From positions 8,508 through 40,507 of the forward strand of contig NZ_LGHJ01000005.1 in NCBI RefSeq assembly GCF_001306055.1: a stretch of 32,000 nt of DNA. Direction: 5' to 3'. Position 1 is the first letter of the stretch. Each line of letters starts with the position of its first letter. This DNA comes from Bellilinea caldifistulae (lineage in GTDB: Bacteria; Chloroflexota; Anaerolineae; Anaerolineales; Anaerolineaceae). A program made the translations under genes and the position numbers. Positions 1 to 8,876 of this stretch are shown piece after piece. The notes beneath the pieces are model-generated. The model worked only from the letters and a program-made list of their open reading frames with translations, was not told the DNA's origin and made no database searches.

Positions 1-1
1 T

Positions 2-235
2 CCCACATTGAGCGAAGCTCAAGAACAATTCAAGGGTGTTGTTTGTGGTGGTTTAAGGCAGTGGGAAACGATGGTAATGGGAACACCTCAAGCAGTTTAT
101 CAGGAAGCGCAAAAAGCTATTGACCAAACCGTAGGGAGCCGTTTCATCCTGGGTACAGGTTGCGTGATTCCCATTACAGCTCCTTATGGTAACATTCTTG
201 CTGCCCGTCACGCAGTAGAATCGCAAAAAGAATGA
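2..235 (+). CDS. URO-D/MtaA-like (uroporphyrinogen decarboxylase family) protein, C-terminal fragment; 5' end lies outside the window
   Basis: The frame is open to the window edge; the track start at 8 is an internal TTG. The C-terminal 'SRFILGTGCVIPITAPYGNILAARHAV' resembles the conserved C-terminus of URO-D-fold enzymes. Stop TGA 233-235 overlaps the next ATG (ATGA). Confidence 0.5.
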   Translation, partial: PTLSEAQEQFKGVVCGGLRQWETMVMGTPQAVYQEAQKAIDQTVGSRFILGTGCVIPITAPYGNILAARHAVESQKE

Positions 236-795
236 GCAACCCACGAATCATTTCCGGCAAAGCCAAAGGAATACGATTACAAGGTGTACCCGGCAATATC
301 ACTCGCCCAATAACAGACCGGGTTAAAGAGGCTTTGTTTAATATTATTGGGTCGGACATTGAAAACGCATCTCTACTGGATTTGTTTGCGGGCACTGGTA
401 GTGTTGGAATTGAGGCTCTGAGCAGGGGAGCATCTTTTGTCCACTTCAACGACATTCATCGGCTGGCAATCGCAGCTATCCGCGCAAATCTTGAACGTGC
501 CCGTTTGAAGGATAACGCAAAAATTACCCAACAGGACGCTTTTCTCCTTCTATCCACTCCCCCTCATCAATCTTTTGACTACATTTTTATTGCCCCGCCT
601 CAGTATAAAAATCTTTGGAAAGAAATCTTGACTAAGCTCGACCAAAATATAAACTGGCTGGCTGATGATGGTTGGGCAATCGTTCAAATAGACCCCCTCG
701 AATACGAAAAGCTGACCCTTGATCATCTGATCGAGGTTGAACAGCGGCGTTATGGCAGTACATTACTTGTGTTTTTCGAGAAAAATCAAAAATAA
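232..795 (+). CDS. rsmD: 16S rRNA (guanine-N2)-methyltransferase RsmD-like
   Basis: 187 aa. N-terminal 'RIISGKAKGIRL', SAM-binding 'DLFAGTGSVGIEALSRGA', and motif IV region 'IFIAPPQY' (a variant of DPPY/F). ATGA overlap with the upstream gene. Confidence 0.8.
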   Translation: MSNPRIISGKAKGIRLQGVPGNITRPITDRVKEALFNIIGSDIENASLLDLFAGTGSVGIEALSRGASFVHFNDIHRLAIAAIRANLERARLKDNAKITQQDAFLLLSTPPHQSFDYIFIAPPQYKNLWKEILTKLDQNINWLADDGWAIVQIDPLEYEKLTLDHLIEVEQRRYGSTLLVFFEKNQK

Positions 796-798
796 TTG

Positions 799-1302
799 TT
801 AGTTCGAAAAGTCAATTCTAAGGTGATCGTTTTCATCGTACCAGTATCGGGCATAAAAAAGCTCACCATTTCTTTTTGCACTGAGCACCTTTGGCAACAA
901 AACTGGTAAATCCTCTACAAGGGGATATTCTCGCAATTTCTCTAGAGCAATCCATTCCAACGACCCCTCCGCTGAATTTTCTACAGGTTGTTGATCAGTT
1001 TCTCCGCGAAAAACAAACAAACCGATTCCAGTTTCTTCTCCGGCATCAATCATCACAATTCCACATAACCAGAGGTGGTCAATTTCCAACCCCGTTTCTT
1101 CTTTCAGCTCACGCCGGGCTGCTGAAAGTACATCTTCACCCCGTTCGATATGTCCCCCAATTCCATTATACAAATTCGCCCATATTCTCTTCTGGGGGTG
1201 CCCCTTAATCAGCAACAATCGGTTTCCCTGCGTGATAAATATCAAAGTACGCGGGATAATTTGAAACCGATTGTTGCTGACACCCTGATCTTTTTTGGGC
1301 AT
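799..1302 (-). CDS. NUDIX hydrolase
   Basis: 167 aa with a complete Nudix box 'GHIERGEDVLSAARRELKEETGL' (GX5EX7REUXEEXGU). Confidence 0.85.
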   Translation of the reverse strand: MPKKDQGVSNNRFQIIPRTLIFITQGNRLLLIKGHPQKRIWANLYNGIGGHIERGEDVLSAARRELKEETGLEIDHLWLCGIVMIDAGEETGIGLFVFRGETDQQPVENSAEGSLEWIALEKLREYPLVEDLPVLLPKVLSAKRNGELFYARYWYDENDHLRIDFSN

Positions 1303-1309
1303 AAAAGAC

Positions 1310-2479
1310 TCAGCTCAAAAACATGGGCACACCCATGAAATCACGAATCTTGGGTTTGTAATTTTCAATGTCGTAATAAGCCGGTACATCCACTCGTTTT
1401 CGACCCGCCAGAACCATCTCAATCGGCACGGTGGTGTATTTTCCACCATGTAAAGCGACCATTTTACCGGTCTCATTTCGACGGATTAGCTGAACCGCCA
1501 TTGTGCCAAATGACATCGCCACCATTCGATCTAACGAATCGGGAGCGCCAGATCGCATCAAGTACGCCAGCTGTTGATACATGGTATGTTGACCGGTCAA
1601 GCGCTTGATTTCCTCGCAAACAATCTGACCAATTCCACCCAATTTCCGGTGGCCAAAGGGATCCGCTTCTCCACTTTCCACCACTTCACCACCTTCCATC
1701 ACAGCGCCTTCGGATATGGTCATAATTGCATAGTTTGAGGGATTGCGGCGTTTATCTGCCATCAAAAAGTCAGCCAGTTTCTGCATATTGAACGGTACTT
1801 CGGAAATGATAGCCCGATCAACATAAGCCAGGTAAGCCGTGATCAGACTGGTTTCTCCAGAATTTCTTCCAAATAATTCAACCACCCCAATCCGTTCATG
1901 AGAACCAACGGAAGTGCGCATATTGGTGATAAACTCAACACTTCGGGTGACTGCCGTGGAAAAACCGATACAATAATCCGTACCAAAGATGTCATTGTCC
2001 ATAGTTTTCGGACAGGCTACAATCGGGAATCCCTCTTTATGCAGTCTAACGGCGAAGGATAGTGTATCGTCCCCACCGATAGGTACCAATACATCAATAC
2101 CTAAATTGGCTAAAACCTCAAGAACATAATCGGTGTAATCAATCTTTTCCTCACCGGCTACTTTCTTCCCATAATTGGAATTTTTTAGAAAATCTGGAGC
2201 ATCTTTCAGTGATACCCGTTGAGGATTGGTTCGTGATGTATGTAGAACGGTTCCCCCTGTGCGGTCAATCGTACGAACATCTTCTTCGTGCAATTCACGA
2301 ACATAGTAATCACGCGTAGATGGCTCATTCTGATTGTAATGCAATAAACCTGCCCAACCCCGACGTATACCGATGACCCGATACCCCTGCTCTAAAGCAT
2401 TCATCACAACTGCCTTGATGCAGGGGTTCAATCCCGGTACATCTCCACCCCCGGTTAAAATACCGATTGTTTTTGTCAT
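1310..2479 (-). CDS. pfp: 6-phosphofructokinase, predicted pyrophosphate-dependent type
   Basis: '[14 protein letters not shown]', 'PIGGDDTL' and 'CPKTMDNDI'. Asp and Lys occupy the positions equivalent to E. coli PfkA Gly104/Gly124, which discriminate PPi- from ATP-dependent PFKs. I moved the start from the track GTG at 2491 to the ATG at 2479, which lies 5 nt after a GGAGG. Confidence 0.85.
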   Translation of the reverse strand: MTKTIGILTGGGDVPGLNPCIKAVVMNALEQGYRVIGIRRGWAGLLHYNQNEPSTRDYYVRELHEEDVRTIDRTGGTVLHTSRTNPQRVSLKDAPDFLKNSNYGKKVAGEEKIDYTDYVLEVLANLGIDVLVPIGGDDTLSFAVRLHKEGFPIVACPKTMDNDIFGTDYCIGFSTAVTRSVEFITNMRTSVGSHERIGVVELFGRNSGETSLITAYLAYVDRAIISEVPFNMQKLADFLMADKRRNPSNYAIMTISEGAVMEGGEVVESGEADPFGHRKLGGIGQIVCEEIKRLTGQHTMYQQLAYLMRSGAPDSLDRMVAMSFGTMAVQLIRRNETGKMVALHGGKYTTVPIEMVLAGRKRVDVPAYYDIENYKPKIRDFMGVPMFLS

Positions 2480-2513
2480 ATTTACCTCCACCTTGAATAA
2501 AAGTTATGATGTC

Positions 2514-3569
2514 TCAGGTTGTTTCTTCATGTGAATAAGGAATTTGAAATGACACTACAGTTCCACTGCCACCGATGCGAGAATCGATGTTGAAGTAGCC
2601 ACCCAGCATCTCAACCCGTTCTTTGATTAATTTCAAGCCCAAACCCTTGCCGGCCATTGCCTTGGAAGGATCAAAGCCCTTTCCATCATCTTTTACCTGC
2701 ACTTTAATCAATTGAGAATCCATGATGATCGAAACCTCTATCTTTAATTTTTGGGAGAGGTCGTTATTGTGCCGGGCGGCATTCCCGATGATTTCCTGAA
2801 GTGAACGGAATATCAAGACCTCAATATAGGGTTCCAGTCGCCTTTCGGCGCCCATTATATCGAGCTTAATATCAACGCCACTTTCATTTTGGAAGTTTTC
2901 CACATATCGCTTGAGAGTGGGAAACAACCCCAAATCATCCAGCATCATCGGTCTCAGATCCGTGATGAACAAACGGACTTTTTGGAAGGTGTTCAAGGCG
3001 GCGGCCTTTAGATTCTCCAATTCCTGTTTTGCGCGAGTAGGGTCAACATCAAACAAACGACTGACAATTTCCATTTGAACCACAAAGTTCGATAATGCCT
3101 GAGCCGGGCCATCGTGCATTTGTCTGGAGAGGCGCTGGCGTTCCGCCTCTTGAGCATCAATCAATTTCTGCAACAATACGGTTCCGCGTTCTTCCCCCGC
3201 TCCACCCATCTCCTCTTCTAAAAATCGGTTGGTTTTTTCAATTAAGTCCAATAATTCTTCAAGATATTGTTTTTTGGTTTGTAATTTTTCTAATTGACTC
3301 CTTTTTTGAACCATTTGATTGAGGGATTCAATGGTTTCCTCATAAGTTCTGACAATATCCTGCCTTGGCAAACTGTCAATTTGAGCTTTAACAAAGTTCA
3401 ATTGGGTAATTTTTTGCTTGTTAAGTTCGTTCAGCTTGGCGATTTGTGAATTTTGTAAATTGATCAAAGTATCATTGTCATCCAGATCTTTTGTGAATTG
3501 AGCCTTTTTTTCCCTTAAAAAGGTAAGATATTCTTCCCGTGTATCCTCATTCTTCAGATGATTGCTCAT
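2514..3569 (-). CDS. Soluble sensor histidine kinase, HisKA_3 (DegS/NarX-like) type with N-terminal coiled coil
   Basis: 351 aa with no hydrophobic segments. About 130 aa of heptad-rich, Q/E/K/L-rich N-terminus. H-box 'ERQRLSRQMHDGPAQAL'. HATPase motifs 'GNAARHN', 'DDGKGF' and 'GLGLKLIKERVEMLGG'. Confidence 0.8.
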   Translation of the reverse strand: MSNHLKNEDTREEYLTFLREKKAQFTKDLDDNDTLINLQNSQIAKLNELNKQKITQLNFVKAQIDSLPRQDIVRTYEETIESLNQMVQKRSQLEKLQTKKQYLEELLDLIEKTNRFLEEEMGGAGEERGTVLLQKLIDAQEAERQRLSRQMHDGPAQALSNFVVQMEIVSRLFDVDPTRAKQELENLKAAALNTFQKVRLFITDLRPMMLDDLGLFPTLKRYVENFQNESGVDIKLDIMGAERRLEPYIEVLIFRSLQEIIGNAARHNNDLSQKLKIEVSIIMDSQLIKVQVKDDGKGFDPSKAMAGKGLGLKLIKERVEMLGGYFNIDSRIGGSGTVVSFQIPYSHEETT

Positions 3570-3635
3570 GGAGGCCCTCTCTTTTGTACAACTTGAAAAT
3601 CATGCCAAGTATAGCACAACCTGTTGTTGCTGTTC

Positions 3636-5288
3636 TTATTTTTTAAACCAGGAAATCTCCCCCCACCCCCATTCCGCCTCCGGAAGCAACAAGAAGAAGT
3701 GAACTCCCTCGTGAGTCTCCAGCAAACGCACCCCACTCATATCGTGAGGGTTTGCGTACAGATTGGACAGGTTTTCCTGATTTTCTTCCAGAAGCAAGTA
3801 GGTCGCTCCGTATCTTTTCGCGGCTGCAAGGGCGTGACGGATATCCCCATCAGGGATGACAATACTGGGTCTTCTGGTAGCCCAATAAAAACCCGGCGGA
3901 TTATTGACCATTGCAATAAATTGTTTGGAAATGTGGAGGTCATCAAGCCTTTCCCCAACTCTCTGATACCGCTCGATACTTTCATTCCACACAAGATGAT
4001 TGGGGACTCTATATACGCGCTGGTAAAAAAACCATCCTGCAATGAATAGATTGATCAAGATTAAAAAGGTGCCAAACAACGTCATTGAAGTAGACATACC
4101 CCAACCGCGCGCCTTTTTCATCCAGATAATAAGCTGCTCCAGGCCAGCAACCGACATGCTCCAAAAGAATATCTGAATAGCTGCTCCCGAATGCAAAAAC
4201 CCCCCACGTGAACCAGCAAACGGAAACACAATAGTCATCATTCCCAATATCAACAACCACATCATGGTTTCAAATTTTACTGCCGAATGATGTCTTTTGC
4301 TCCAGCACCCCACCAGGATAAGTGGTACCAGGATGATTGAACCCTGAACAACAAGAAAGTTCTGCAAATTCAAGCTGAGTGCATCCAGCCTTGCGTGGAT
4401 AATGGCCGGCAATCCGGCTTTAAGCCAGTTTGTAAAGGTCAGGTGATCATTCGGATAAGCAAAAAGCTGGTTGTAGCTTGTCAGCCAAAGACTTTTTCCG
4501 TTGCCGGGTGGAAACATACTCCCAAAAACAACCCAATTTCGATAGTACCAACCCCCTGTCAGAATCAAATAACCGAGTAAAAGAGCCAACAACCCGTTTA
4601 TGGCTACGCGCATTTTTTGGCGGGATTGCCATGGCCGGATTCTCCAAATGACAACCCCAAAAGCGGAAATCAACCAAATCAAACCATCCGCCCTGGTCAA
4701 ATGCATCCAACCGGCTATAAAACCCAGCAGTAAAAATCTTTGAAAACTCTCTAATCCTCCAATCCACTGATTGTTTGCAAAAAATGCAATAATGACAAAT
4801 AACCCTCCCCCTATCATATAAGGTATAAAGGTTTCAGGAATGGTCAGATAAAGGGCATAAACCCCCGGAAAAACTGCAAGGCCGCCGGCTATCCAGGCAT
4901 AGGCGGGATTTGTTATCACTTTCCTGGTAAGATAAACGGTTAGTACCGGCAAAAATCCAGCCATCAAGAGAAACGGTAATTTTGCCCACACAAAATCTGG
5001 AGAACGACCAAGCCACATGCCCATAAACGCAAGCAGCGACGGTAGAGGCATCCAGTAAACAAATGCCGGAGCAGGCAATCCTTTTGGATTAGCGAGGTAA
5101 TTCCAAATATATGGTTCTACAAAGCCATTTCCTTCAAAGAGTTGCAGACCTCCCACCGTGTAATATGCTGAATCCATATATCCCGGTCCCTTTTGAAATT
5201 GTGTTCCAATCAGGGCAAAGATTATTCCACTCAGGTACCAAAACCAATTTGATTGGGGGATTTTTCTTGCCATCTCCCATCCTTTCAT
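3636..5288 (-). CDS. Polytopic membrane protein, putative GT-C-fold glycosyltransferase with C-terminal extracytoplasmic domain
   Basis: 550 aa with more than 10 hydrophobic helices. First-loop acidic motif 'GYMDSAYYTVGGLQL', followed by about 130 aa of soluble C-terminus. The ATG at 5288 overlaps the stop of the upstream gene (ATGA). Confidence 0.5.
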   Translation of the reverse strand: MKGWEMARKIPQSNWFWYLSGIIFALIGTQFQKGPGYMDSAYYTVGGLQLFEGNGFVEPYIWNYLANPKGLPAPAFVYWMPLPSLLAFMGMWLGRSPDFVWAKLPFLLMAGFLPVLTVYLTRKVITNPAYAWIAGGLAVFPGVYALYLTIPETFIPYMIGGGLFVIIAFFANNQWIGGLESFQRFLLLGFIAGWMHLTRADGLIWLISAFGVVIWRIRPWQSRQKMRVAINGLLALLLGYLILTGGWYYRNWVVFGSMFPPGNGKSLWLTSYNQLFAYPNDHLTFTNWLKAGLPAIIHARLDALSLNLQNFLVVQGSIILVPLILVGCWSKRHHSAVKFETMMWLLILGMMTIVFPFAGSRGGFLHSGAAIQIFFWSMSVAGLEQLIIWMKKARGWGMSTSMTLFGTFLILINLFIAGWFFYQRVYRVPNHLVWNESIERYQRVGERLDDLHISKQFIAMVNNPPGFYWATRRPSIVIPDGDIRHALAAAKRYGATYLLLEENQENLSNLYANPHDMSGVRLLETHEGVHFFLLLPEAEWGWGEISWFKK

Positions 5289-6760
5289 GGCCGATTCCCG
5301 AATTCGTAAATATCTAAATCACCGATTTGTGTGTGACTTAATTGTATGTATTGGCTGGAAAGAGCCTCAAGAACCGGATGCTTAAAGCCCCTCTCTGAAA
5401 ATTCCTGAACGGCTTTCCTGAAAACGACAAAGAAGAATCGTTCTTTTTCCCGAATTATTCGGGAGTAATCTTCTATCGGGTAAATCCCCATCGCTTGTTG
5501 GGAAACCAGCGCCAGTGTATCGTTGGGAGAGCCGGGTTCATCTGCGAGAAAAGCCGCATCGTGATTTTCATCATAAAAGCGCATCGGGAAGTAGCTGAGT
5601 TTATTGTCATGCAAAATGAACACATCCCGGTTTTGGGGTAAATTGAGATATTCCACAGCCTGACGGAAAGGCGAGCGAGGAAATTCAGCATAGGTATAAA
5701 AAGAAGGTAAAGATATTGCAGCTGTCACAAGAAAACCCCCTAAAAGAAATGCTCCTATTCCTCGTTTCCATCTCAAGACAATGATCCTTGCCGCTACAAT
5801 GGAATACATAACACTGGAGAGAATGAAAACCCTTGTAACAAAAACCGGCTGCATGAAGTAGGAAATCACAAATAACAGAATGGGTAATCCGAACAGAATC
5901 AGGTTTAACAGCATTATGGCTGACCTGTCACTCCGATCTTTCCACAATTCCCAGAGTACAACAAAAAACAGCTGTGCGCTGAAAACGGCTGCTATTGGCA
6001 ACAATGCACCTTTCAAGGGTAGATTGGCATGAAATAATATAACAGCCTGAAAAATCTCCACAATCCCAGGCCTGGGGGTCCAGAAAGCTCTCTGAACTTT
6101 GGCAATTTGACCAGGCAACAAGAAAGCCCATGGTAAATAAAACAATCCAATAACCAGCTGAGCTTTAATTATTTGTATCTGGTCCTCCCATCTTTTTTTC
6201 CAAAGAAGATAGACGTTTCCCCAAATTAAACCGAACCCCGCTAAGGCATGGCTATACATCGCCACGACACCGCTCAAGACTAACCCAACCCAAAAACCCG
6301 CCTTATCCTGTTTTTCTTCAAATATTCGGTAAAAAAACCAGTAATAACCTAGCTGCCCCGCCAGCATTAAAGCGTACATCCGTAAATCCTGGCTGTGATA
6401 AATTTGCAGCGGCGATATCGCCAGCAATATACCGGCGGTGATACCAGTGCGCCACCCAAACATCCGCCGGGCAAGGTCAACCGCGATAAACCAGCCGATT
6501 ATGGACAAGCCAACACTGAACAACCTCAAGAAAACCAGATTATCATTCAATCCCTGCCAAAAATGAAGCAAAAAATAATACAAAGGCGGCATCGTGTCTG
6601 CTGCCGTTCCTTTGATAATATTCCCCAAATCCTGACGGGCAAGGAAAATACTGAAGGCATCATCATACTGGATTTCACGGCTTCTGATCCCCGTCAGCCG
6701 TAATCCAACGGCTAGCAGTAGAGCAAGTGTCAAGTAAGACCGCTCACTTCCTTTCGACAT
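5285..6760 (-). CDS. GT-C glycosyltransferase, family 39/PMT_2 (ArnT-like)
   Basis: 491 aa. 'IQYDDAFSIFLA' followed by 'MPPLYYFLLHFW', the DE/DD plus PPLYY signature I associate with PMT_2/ArnT-like proteins. Many TM helices and a soluble C-terminal domain. Confidence 0.7.
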   Translation of the reverse strand: MSKGSERSYLTLALLLAVGLRLTGIRSREIQYDDAFSIFLARQDLGNIIKGTAADTMPPLYYFLLHFWQGLNDNLVFLRLFSVGLSIIGWFIAVDLARRMFGWRTGITAGILLAISPLQIYHSQDLRMYALMLAGQLGYYWFFYRIFEEKQDKAGFWVGLVLSGVVAMYSHALAGFGLIWGNVYLLWKKRWEDQIQIIKAQLVIGLFYLPWAFLLPGQIAKVQRAFWTPRPGIVEIFQAVILFHANLPLKGALLPIAAVFSAQLFFVVLWELWKDRSDRSAIMLLNLILFGLPILLFVISYFMQPVFVTRVFILSSVMYSIVAARIIVLRWKRGIGAFLLGGFLVTAAISLPSFYTYAEFPRSPFRQAVEYLNLPQNRDVFILHDNKLSYFPMRFYDENHDAAFLADEPGSPNDTLALVSQQAMGIYPIEDYSRIIREKERFFFVVFRKAVQEFSERGFKHPVLEALSSQYIQLSHTQIGDLDIYEFGNRP

Positions 6761-6762
6761 AT

Positions 6763-8013
6763 CTACGAAGATGCCCTGGATTCGAGCGTTTCAAACCACA
6801 ATCGCGGTGGTCTAACAGCCCACCAGCGATTCCAATACAGGACGAGGATCAAAAACAGGGGTAATGGCAGGAACATCACCGGGCTTTGAATGGGTTGGTA
6901 ATCCATCTCTACTGTGGTTAGAAAAATCTCCCAGATTCCGACAAAAAGTAAAAACATGGTAGCCACGGAAAGAACTACTCCCCGATTCCGCCAACGCTCA
7001 ACCCAAACAGCGAAAGTTAAAACAACCCCCGGATAAGCCACGATGAAATTACCAGGATCGGTTTGCAACCCGACCCAAAAGCTGACAGTTATAGTGAGAC
7101 ACGCGGTCCACAAAAAAGCTCGAAATTCACTCTTTCGATTGATGAACCATTCCACCATCAAAATCAACACCACCATCCCGGAAACCACTCGGCCAAGGCG
7201 CTCACCTCCCTGTGGGATAATTGCCCCTAATGCAGCCGGCAAAGTACCCGGAGGATTATAAGATGGATAGCGTAGAACTTCCCGTAAGTTTTGGATGATC
7301 CAATCCGGGATCAAAATTAACGCCAAACCAATTAGGAAGCCCATACCAATCAAAAACCAGATGATAATTTTCCAGCGGCGATGGCTGGCCGCCCAAAATA
7401 ACACAAACACAATCAACAACAAAACAACCTGCGGTTTGATGGTGATTAAAGCCATGAGAATCCCGGCCAGCTCATCATTACCGGCGCGGACGGCAAGTAA
7501 TATCCCCACTATGGCGAGGGCGATTAAAATGACCACATTCCCCAGAATCACTGGTCTTAAGGCATGATACCAGAAGACCGAAAACAATAAAAACAAGGCC
7601 AGAATGAGCGGTTTTGGCCGCCATCGTACCAACCCTAAAGACAAAAACGCCATAAGGATCAAACCGGATTCCAAAACCGCCATCCAAACCGCACGGGCAA
7701 GGTTGTAATCTGCTATCAGCGCAAACGGCAAAAAGACGAGAATCGAATAGAGAGGATAAGCAACCCGCAATTCATGTTCACCCGCCCTGGCTGGCCGGCC
7801 ATACACCATATTTTGAATGCGAAGTGCCACCTCATCAGAATACGGGCTCAACCCATCTTCAAAAAAGGATTTCGTTCCCATCCAGTGAACTAAAAAATCA
7901 TTGCCCCCTGGATTTTGAGCCGTATAACGATAATTCCCCCACACCAACAGACCAAACAAACCACTTCCGAGCACAAAAAGCACTATAATTGCCAATGAGG
8001 AATTTCGTGACAT
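6763..8013 (-). CDS. Polytopic membrane glycosyltransferase, GT87/DUF2029-like
   Basis: 416 aa, almost entirely TM helices. First loop 'GGNDFLVHWMGTKSFFEDGLSPYS' resembles the D-x-x-x-Y loop of PimE-type GT87 proteins. Ends 2 nt before the start of the next gene. Confidence 0.55.
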   Translation of the reverse strand: MSRNSSLAIIVLFVLGSGLFGLLVWGNYRYTAQNPGGNDFLVHWMGTKSFFEDGLSPYSDEVALRIQNMVYGRPARAGEHELRVAYPLYSILVFLPFALIADYNLARAVWMAVLESGLILMAFLSLGLVRWRPKPLILALFLLFSVFWYHALRPVILGNVVILIALAIVGILLAVRAGNDELAGILMALITIKPQVVLLLIVFVLFWAASHRRWKIIIWFLIGMGFLIGLALILIPDWIIQNLREVLRYPSYNPPGTLPAALGAIIPQGGERLGRVVSGMVVLILMVEWFINRKSEFRAFLWTACLTITVSFWVGLQTDPGNFIVAYPGVVLTFAVWVERWRNRGVVLSVATMFLLFVGIWEIFLTTVEMDYQPIQSPVMFLPLPLFLILVLYWNRWWAVRPPRLWFETLESRASS

Positions 8014-8056
8014 CGAGAACGCTTCTCCTTAAAGTACCGACCAACCCCTAATCAAT

Positions 8057-8062
8057 TATAAT
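8057..8062 (+). promoter_or_regulatory. Candidate -10 box (TATAAT) for the amidase gene; would give a leaderless or near-leaderless mRNA
   Basis: A perfect TATAAT lies 10 nt upstream of the ATG at 8073. No purine-rich SD lies between them ('attcagcccagt'). The -35 region is poor. Confidence 0.25.
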
Positions 8063-8072
8063 TCAGCCCAGT

Positions 8073-8876
8073 ATGAAGACAAAAATTTCACTTGCCCAAT
8101 TTGAAGTTCAAATTGGAAAGCCTGAGCAAAATTTTAAAACAGCACTGCCCTATATTGAACAGGCTGCCCGCTCAGGCTCTTCAATCATTTTACTGCCCGA
8201 ATTATGGAGCAGTGGTTACGATTTACAAAACGGTTCAACATATACCCAAATTAATCAGGAAATTATTGGCGAGTTAAAGTCACTTTCCGAACAATATCAT
8301 CTTTCTATTGGGGGGTCTTATATCACTTGCGACGAAGTGGGCTGCCGCAACACTTTCTTGATCACCTTGCCGGATAAAAGTGTCACTCCTCCTTATCACA
8401 AAGTCCATTTATTCCGTCTACTAGATGAAGATCAGTTTTTTCAGCCGGGTGACCAATATCTCTCCGTTGATTTTAACTGGGCTAAAGCCGGTTTGGCCAT
8501 CTGTTATGATCTTCGTTTTCCGGAATTGTTCCGTTTTTATTCAAGGCAAGGTGCATCTTGTGTTTTGATCGTTGCCCAATGGGGTGCCAAACGTGCCGAA
8601 CACTGGCGCACATTTCTCAAAGCCAGAGCCATCGAAAATCAATTGTTTGTGGCGGGTGTCAATGCAATTGGAATGATTGGAAATACCCCACTGGCCGGGT
8701 ACAGTGCAGTCGTATCTCCGTGGGGAGATGTACTGGCAGAAGGGTCTTCCAATCAAGAAGAATTAATCACCGTAGAAATGAACTTTGATTTAATTGATGA
8801 GGTAAAACAACACTTGAATTCAGGACAGGATCGCCGTGATGATTTGTATAAGGAATGGTATAACCGGTTTCCTTAA
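8073..8876 (+). CDS. Carbon-nitrogen hydrolase (nitrilase superfamily), YafV/omega-amidase-like
   Basis: 267 aa. E-K-C catalytic triad contexts 'ILLPELWSSGY', 'HKVHLF' and 'LAICYDLRFPE'. No TM segments. Confidence 0.85.
   Translation: MKTKISLAQFEVQIGKPEQNFKTALPYIEQAARSGSSIILLPELWSSGYDLQNGSTYTQINQEIIGELKSLSEQYHLSIGGSYITCDEVGCRNTFLITLPDKSVTPPYHKVHLFRLLDEDQFFQPGDQYLSVDFNWAKAGLAICYDLRFPELFRFYSRQGASCVLIVAQWGAKRAEHWRTFLKARAIENQLFVAGVNAIGMIGNTPLAGYSAVVSPWGDVLAEGSSNQEELITVEMNFDLIDEVKQHLNSGQDRRDDLYKEWYNRFP

Noticed and set aside
2480-2491. GTG start at 2491 for the phosphofructokinase ('MEVN' extension).
   Set aside because: The GGAGG lies within this extension, correctly spaced for the ATG at 2479, and PFKs begin close to the 'IGILTGGGD' loop.
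3590-3612. Sigma54-like 'TGGCAT' upstream of the histidine kinase gene (minus strand).
   Set aside because: The downstream element reads 'TCAAG' after a 5-nt spacer instead of the required TTGC(A/T), so the -12 box is missing.
8073-8876. The idea that the CN-hydrolase is an Lnt/Ppm1-D1-like acyltransferase partner of the GT-C enzymes, as in the mycobacterial Ppm1 two-domain protein.
   Set aside because: Lnt-type CN-hydrolase domains are attached to a multi-helix membrane domain. This protein has no TM segments, and its motifs ('CYDLRFPE') look like soluble YafV/omega-amidase enzymes. I kept only the weaker linkage observation.
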